Assembly: GCA_964291265.2 (NCBI GenBank)
Contig: OZ219747.1
Coordinates: 2,976,001 to 3,040,000 of the forward strand
Length of the DNA: 64,000 nt
Source of the DNA: Alphaproteobacteria bacterium
GTDB taxonomy: Bacteria; Pseudomonadota; Alphaproteobacteria; SP197
Direction of reading: 5' to 3'
Below the pieces are notes generated by a model. The model was not told the origin of the DNA and made no database searches. It worked only from the letters and a program-made list of their open reading frames with translations. Below, in pieces: positions 59,178 through 64,000 of the stretch. How positions within the stretch are numbered: the first letter of the stretch is position 1; every line of letters begins with the position of its first letter. The translations under genes and the position numbers were made by a program.

Positions 59178-60665
59178 ATGAGGAACGGTTTGAAGAAGTC
59201 GGATGGGGCCGTAAGACCGGTGAAGGCGGCGAACAAGGGAGCGTCAGCTTCTGCGGAGTCGCTGGAGGAAAGGGCCTCAACCAAGGGGAATCCGGGACGC
59301 CAAAGCACGCACCGAACGCAGTGTCGGGCAAGTGTGCCACAGGCGGCGGACCGGATACGGGAAGCTGCAGAGAGGAACCCGAAGGAGCGTCTCACTGCAC
59401 TCTTCCATCACATTACGCCGGACGCGCTCCGGGCGGCCTACTTCGGTTTGAAGAAGGAAGCCTCGGCAGGTGTCGACGGCGTGACGTGGGCGGCGTATGG
59501 CGAGGGTCTGGACGAGCGCTTGCTTGATCTGCACTCGCGCCTGCATCGTGGGGGAGCGTACCGGGCGCCGCCGGTTCGGCGGGTTGAGATACCCAAGCCG
59601 GACGGCGGGACACGACCGCTCGGGATTGCCGCACTGGAGGACAAGATCGTCCAGAAGGCGGTTGTGGATGTGATCCTGACACCGATTTATGAGGTGGAGT
59701 TCCTTGGCTTCAGCTACGGGTTCCGACCGGGCCGAGGGGCGCATGACGCTCTCGACGCCCTGGCGTTCGGGATCGAGCGGCGCAAGGTCAACTGGATAGT
59801 CGACGCGGACATTCAGGGGTACTTCGACACAATCCCGAGGGATTGGTTGATCAAGTTCCTGGAGCATCGCATTGGCGACAGGCGGGTGATCCGTCTGATC
59901 CGCAAGTGGCTGAACGCTGGCGTCATGACCGACGGATCATGGAGCGACACCGGTGCGGGCACGCCTCAGGGCGCCATTGTCAGCCCCTGCCTGGCGAACG
60001 TGTTTCTGCACTACGTGCTCGATCTGTGGTTTCACAAGGCATGGCGTCCGAAGGTTCCGAACGGTAAAGCGATCATTGTCCGCTACGCGGACGATATTGT
60101 GGTCGGGTTCCAGCATAAGCGGGATGCGGAGACATACCTTCGCGACGTTCGGGAGAGGCTGGACCGCTTTGGTCTCACCCTTCACCCGGACAAGACCCGT
60201 CTCGTTGAGTTTGGACGGTTTGCCAAGGCGAACCGGCGATCTCGCGGGGCGGGCAGGCCGGAGACGTTCGACTTCCTGGGCTTCACGCACTTCTGCACGG
60301 AGACCCGGAGAGGACGCTTCAGGCTTGGTCGCAAGCCGGTCGCAAAACGGGTCGCAAGGACCCTGGCGCGCATCGAGGAGGTGCTTCGCAATCGACGGCA
60401 TCACGACATATGGGAGGTCGGCATGTGGCTTGGGCGAGTTGTCAATGGCTGGTCCAACTACTTCGCCGTTCCGGGGTCGACCCGATGGCTGCGCACGTTC
60501 CGCCAAAGGCTGCAACGCCTATGGCTGCGAGCGATCCGCCGCCGCTCCCAGCGCCACTGCTTTGACTGGAAGCGATTGGAGCGCATGACCGAGCTTCTTT
60601 GGCCGCGCGTCTCCATCCGCCACCCATGGCCGGACCAGCGGTTTACCGTCAAGCACCCGAGGTAG
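59178..60665 (+). CDS. ltrA: Group II intron reverse transcriptase/maturase without endonuclease domain
   Basis: IPKPDGGTRPLGI, SYGFRPGR, GTPQGAIVSP, YADD, FDFLGF. Confidence 0.93.
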   Translation: MRNGLKKSDGAVRPVKAANKGASASAESLEERASTKGNPGRQSTHRTQCRASVPQAADRIREAAERNPKERLTALFHHITPDALRAAYFGLKKEASAGVDGVTWAAYGEGLDERLLDLHSRLHRGGAYRAPPVRRVEIPKPDGGTRPLGIAALEDKIVQKAVVDVILTPIYEVEFLGFSYGFRPGRGAHDALDALAFGIERRKVNWIVDADIQGYFDTIPRDWLIKFLEHRIGDRRVIRLIRKWLNAGVMTDGSWSDTGAGTPQGAIVSPCLANVFLHYVLDLWFHKAWRPKVPNGKAIIVRYADDIVVGFQHKRDAETYLRDVRERLDRFGLTLHPDKTRLVEFGRFAKANRRSRGAGRPETFDFLGFTHFCTETRRGRFRLGRKPVAKRVARTLARIEEVLRNRRHHDIWEVGMWLGRVVNGWSNYFAVPGSTRWLRTFRQRLQRLWLRAIRRRSQRHCFDWKRLERMTELLWPRVSIRHPWPDQRFTVKHPR

Positions 60666-60737
60666 GAGCCGGATGGATTAACGTCCATGTCCGGATCTGT
60701 GCGGGGGGTGCGCAGCAATGCGCATCCCTACCGCGAC

Positions 60738-61634
60738 CCAGCTGGTCTCGTCGCCGTGGCGCACCGTCAGCCGGTTCTGATGATCGAGGATGGCCTGCGC
60801 GAGAGGCGCGAACATCGGCGTCATCTTCTTCATGCCGCCAGCGATCGTTCCCGGCGCCATCGGCAGTCCCTGGTCTTCCAGCCATCGCGAGACCCGGCGC
60901 AGGGGACGCAAGCAGGCGAAGCGCTCATAGAGCACGCATGCCCAGACACTGTTGCCGTAGGGGGTATTCGCAAACAGGCGCAAAGGTGGCGGCGCGATGA
61001 TCTCCGCAGGCGCCGACGAACACTGACAACCACGGCGCCAACGCCCACGCTCAATCCGCCGGACATGAGCCTTGACATGGACCTCCATGATCGAGGTCTC
61101 GTGGCTGCCGTTGGCCACATAGGGCTCGCCGCAACACGGGCACGTGCGCTGCGATGCCGGTGGATCATGGCGCTCGTGCTTCTCCTCGAGCTTCGGACGC
61201 GGGGTGCGCCCATGGCCGCTCTTGCCAGGTTGCTGACCCCGCTTGTTCCCGGTGCCTGCCTTCTTCTTCCGCTTCTCGCTCTTCGACCCGAAGCGCGCCT
61301 TCGCGTGCTTTTCACGCGTCTCGCGCAGCTTCGACAACTCGTTCTCCTGTTCAGCGTTCTTGAGCTTCAGAGCGTCCCTTTCCCGCTCCAGCGCCTCCGC
61401 CAGGGCCTGTACCCGCTTCACCTCCCGGCGAGCCTTCTTGAGCTGATCACGAGTGCGGTCGAGATGAAACTTGAATGTGCCCGCACGGGCACGGGCAGCA
61501 ATCTCCGCACAGCGCAGGTCACGCATACGCGCTTCCGCCGCATCCGCACGAACCCGCTCCGCCTCGTAGAGCGCCTGCCAGTCAGGCGCCTCGCATGACA
61601 AGGCCGCTGACGCCCGACACAAGGCCGTCACCAC
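60738..61634 (-). pseudogene. IS66 transposase, part upstream of the intron insertion
   Basis: Coiled coil, FGSKSEK, RGQQPGKSGHGR, CPCCG Zn finger, RHGDETSW. Confidence 0.88.
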
Positions 61635-61736
61635 CTCCCGTCAGCTGCTGTGTCGCTCCGCGCGTCTCGGCAAAAGTCTTCATGGCCTCGACCATAATCG
61701 AGACCAAACGAGTTTACCAGCACTTTCTCAGACAAT

Positions 61737-61793
61737 AGTCAGCAAGCCCCAAATCAACCAAAATCAGCCATCACCGCACGGCCGAACGCTTAC
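61737..61793 (-). mobile_element. IS66 left terminal repeat region
   Basis: Begins GTAAGCGTTCGG on the minus strand (IS66 ends start with GTAA). Confidence 0.8.
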
Positions 61794-63878
61794 GTTGGCC
61801 AGGCCGAGGATGTTGACCCTGAGGATGCCGCTTTCGTGGTCCGGCTCGATGCTGGCATCGGCGGTCATCAGGGCGGCGATGAGGGTGCGGACTGTGTTGG
61901 GTCGCGCCTTTCCCCGGATCACGGGGGCATCATGCGGGTTTCGGCGCGATAGCAGATCATGCGGACGAGATCGATGAGGAGGCGTTGCGTTCGTGGCAGG
62001 GTGTCGGGCTTGTCGCTGTCGGCAAGTTCGCCGACACGGACATGGCTGGCCAGGGTTGAGCGGCGCTCCTTGAGTTCGGCGAGGTCCTCCTCGATGGCGC
62101 CGACCTCGGCAGCGAGAGCGTCTGTTGTCTTGCCCTTGGCGGTGGCCCTGGCGACCCGCACATGCAGCTGAGCGAGGCGCGCCTGGTTCTTCTGGATGGT
62201 CTTGTCCACGGTCCTCATGTGCGGATTGACCACGAGGGTGTCGTCATCGAGCGTCTCGAAGCCATGCTCCGGCAGAGCGTCAAGGTTCCAGGCGTCACGC
62301 ATGTACTTGAAGAAGTTCTCCTGAACCCAGCGCGAGAACATGGCCTGAGGCGACCTCTTCCATGGCCATCTGCGGGATGGGTGGTGATGAGCGGCACCTG
62401 GCGGCCATTGTCCAGGAGGCGGCGGATCTGGCGGACCTTGTGGCCCTTGGCCAGAGTGACCTTCTTCTCGGCCAGTCGGACCTTTGTCGAGGTGATCCCC
62501 GCCGGCCCATGAAGTGGCACCGTGCATTCCGTGAAGTCCTCGACTGGCCAGTCCTTGCCCTTGAAGTTCTTGTGCCAGGTGATGACCGCGATGCCGCGGC
62601 GCGCCAGACGGTGGAACAGGTCCGGGCTCCAGCCCTCGCGGTCGAAGACCAGGGTGACCGCCGGCTGGCCGCCGCGAAGAAGGTCGCCGGCATCCCCGGT
62701 GACGACCCCCAGGGTCTCCAGCTCAGGCACCACGTCATGCTCCAGGGCCCGCACCATCTTGCTGTCGAGATCCTTGTGGAGACATACCAGAGGGGCGCCC
62801 GAAAGAGCGTTGATCCAATAGCTTGCCGTGGCCGGAAGGCAGAGCTTCTGGCGCTTGACGAAGTGCTTCGGCACCTTGCCCTTGCCGTGGTAGACCTTGA
62901 CATGGCCGTCCACCGCCAGCGTCATCCAGTCCTGCGAGCCGTCCTCGAGCCATGACCGCCCGAGGACCCGTTGCCATGCTTCCACCGTCTCGGGAGAAGC
63001 GGCAAGGGCTGCCACCTTCCTCCTTGAGGGTCTTGACCTCCGGGCATCGGTCGAGACCCAGCAGAAGACCCCATTCCCCGGGCGCCTGGTAGCGCAGCCT
63101 CTCCGGCGTGCGCACCCGGGCCATGGTCATGAAGGCCAGCATGATGAGGATGGTCGAAAGACCATAGAACCCCGCAGGCAGACGCAAGACGCGGTGCGCC
63201 GTCTCGAGGAGACCCTCCCGCAGCAGCATCGGCAGGGCCCGCAAGGACCCCGCCTCTCTCGACCGCAAGGGCCTTCGTGTCGAAGCGGGGAGAGGCTTCC
63301 TCCATCATCCCCGTGGAAGCCAGGAGGCGCCCCTCGACATCGTGGCAGGCCCGTGCAATCGCCGGACGCCGGGCCTCCTTCGAGCGTTGCGAGCGTTCGC
63401 TCGCCATGGCGTCCTCGGCCACCGGCTCCTTGATCGGAGCCTTGATGATGCCCGACCGCAGGTTCTCGTTGAAGGTGCTGTGCGACACGCCCAGTGCACG
63501 GGCACAGGCGCGTCCGCTGGTGCCCGAGGCCAGCATCGTCTCGGCGCGCCGCGCCATCGCCGGGGAGATCACCGTGCGTCTGCGCGGCCGCTGCGGTGCA
63601 CCGAAAGCCGTCTCGCCCTTGGTCTCCAGGAGCTTCGCCGCACGGTAGACGGTGGGCCGCGAGACATCGAAGGCCCTGGCCAGGTCGACACAGCGCACGC
63701 CGGCGACCGTGAAGAACCTGGCGATGCGCAGGGCCTGGGCACGGGTGTCATGGGCGGCATGGCAGTCGAAGGGCTCGAGATTGGAGAAGTACCACGCCTG
63801 ATCACCGATGACGGCCCATGAGAAGGACGAGGCGATGGGTGTGGCATGGGCTCCCTGGAGCGGTAGGGAGGGTGTCAT
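61794..63878 (-). pseudogene. Putative transposase (HTH plus DDE-like), multiply frameshifted, 3' end cut by IS66
   Basis: Consecutive frames: LARAFDVSRPTVYR; APGEWGLLLGLDRCPEVKTL; VDGHVKVYHG; LVFDREGWS; RWVQENFFKYMR; family not firmly identified. Confidence 0.7.
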
Positions 63879-64000
63879 GGCGAGCCAAAAGTGGAACATG
63901 CGACATTGGACGCATTATCGCCACATGTCAAGCGGAATCCGCGCTGAAACAGCCAGAAACACAAGGAAACAGTGGAGTTTCCTGAGCAGTGTGATATGCC

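Noticed and set aside
59178-60665. RT as retron, DGR or defence RT
   Set aside because: Domains V/VI follow the ORF directly and the exons rejoin precisely; no TR/VR pair or msr-msd seen

Overview
High-GC bacterial chromosome segment, probably alphaproteobacterial (inferred from the pyrB-pyrC-plsY-topA-rnr...rpmG order, an EipB-like gene and ccoNOQPGHIS). It mixes metabolic genes (dgcN/dgcA, putA, cbb3 oxidase, SDRs, amine/betaine catabolism) with many mobile elements and pseudogenes. Main result: a nested stack at 56.6-63.9 kb. A putative transposase is interrupted by an IS66, whose gene is split by an antisense group II intron (56853-60737). The intron is in turn interrupted 7-9 nt after its 5' splice site by an IS110, and the guide segments of that IS110's predicted bridge RNA match both the intron 5' end and the IS110's own ends. 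Second result: a ~120-bp MITE family with IS66-type ends (5 copies). Pairs of these MITEs bracket an rpn nuclease gene as a composite transposon (two inverted copies, one with an 8-bp target duplication), and one MITE sits in the stop/start overlap of a PIN toxin-antitoxin pair. All assignments come from reading the sequence by eye; no database searches or folding computations were run, and coordinates were counted manually.
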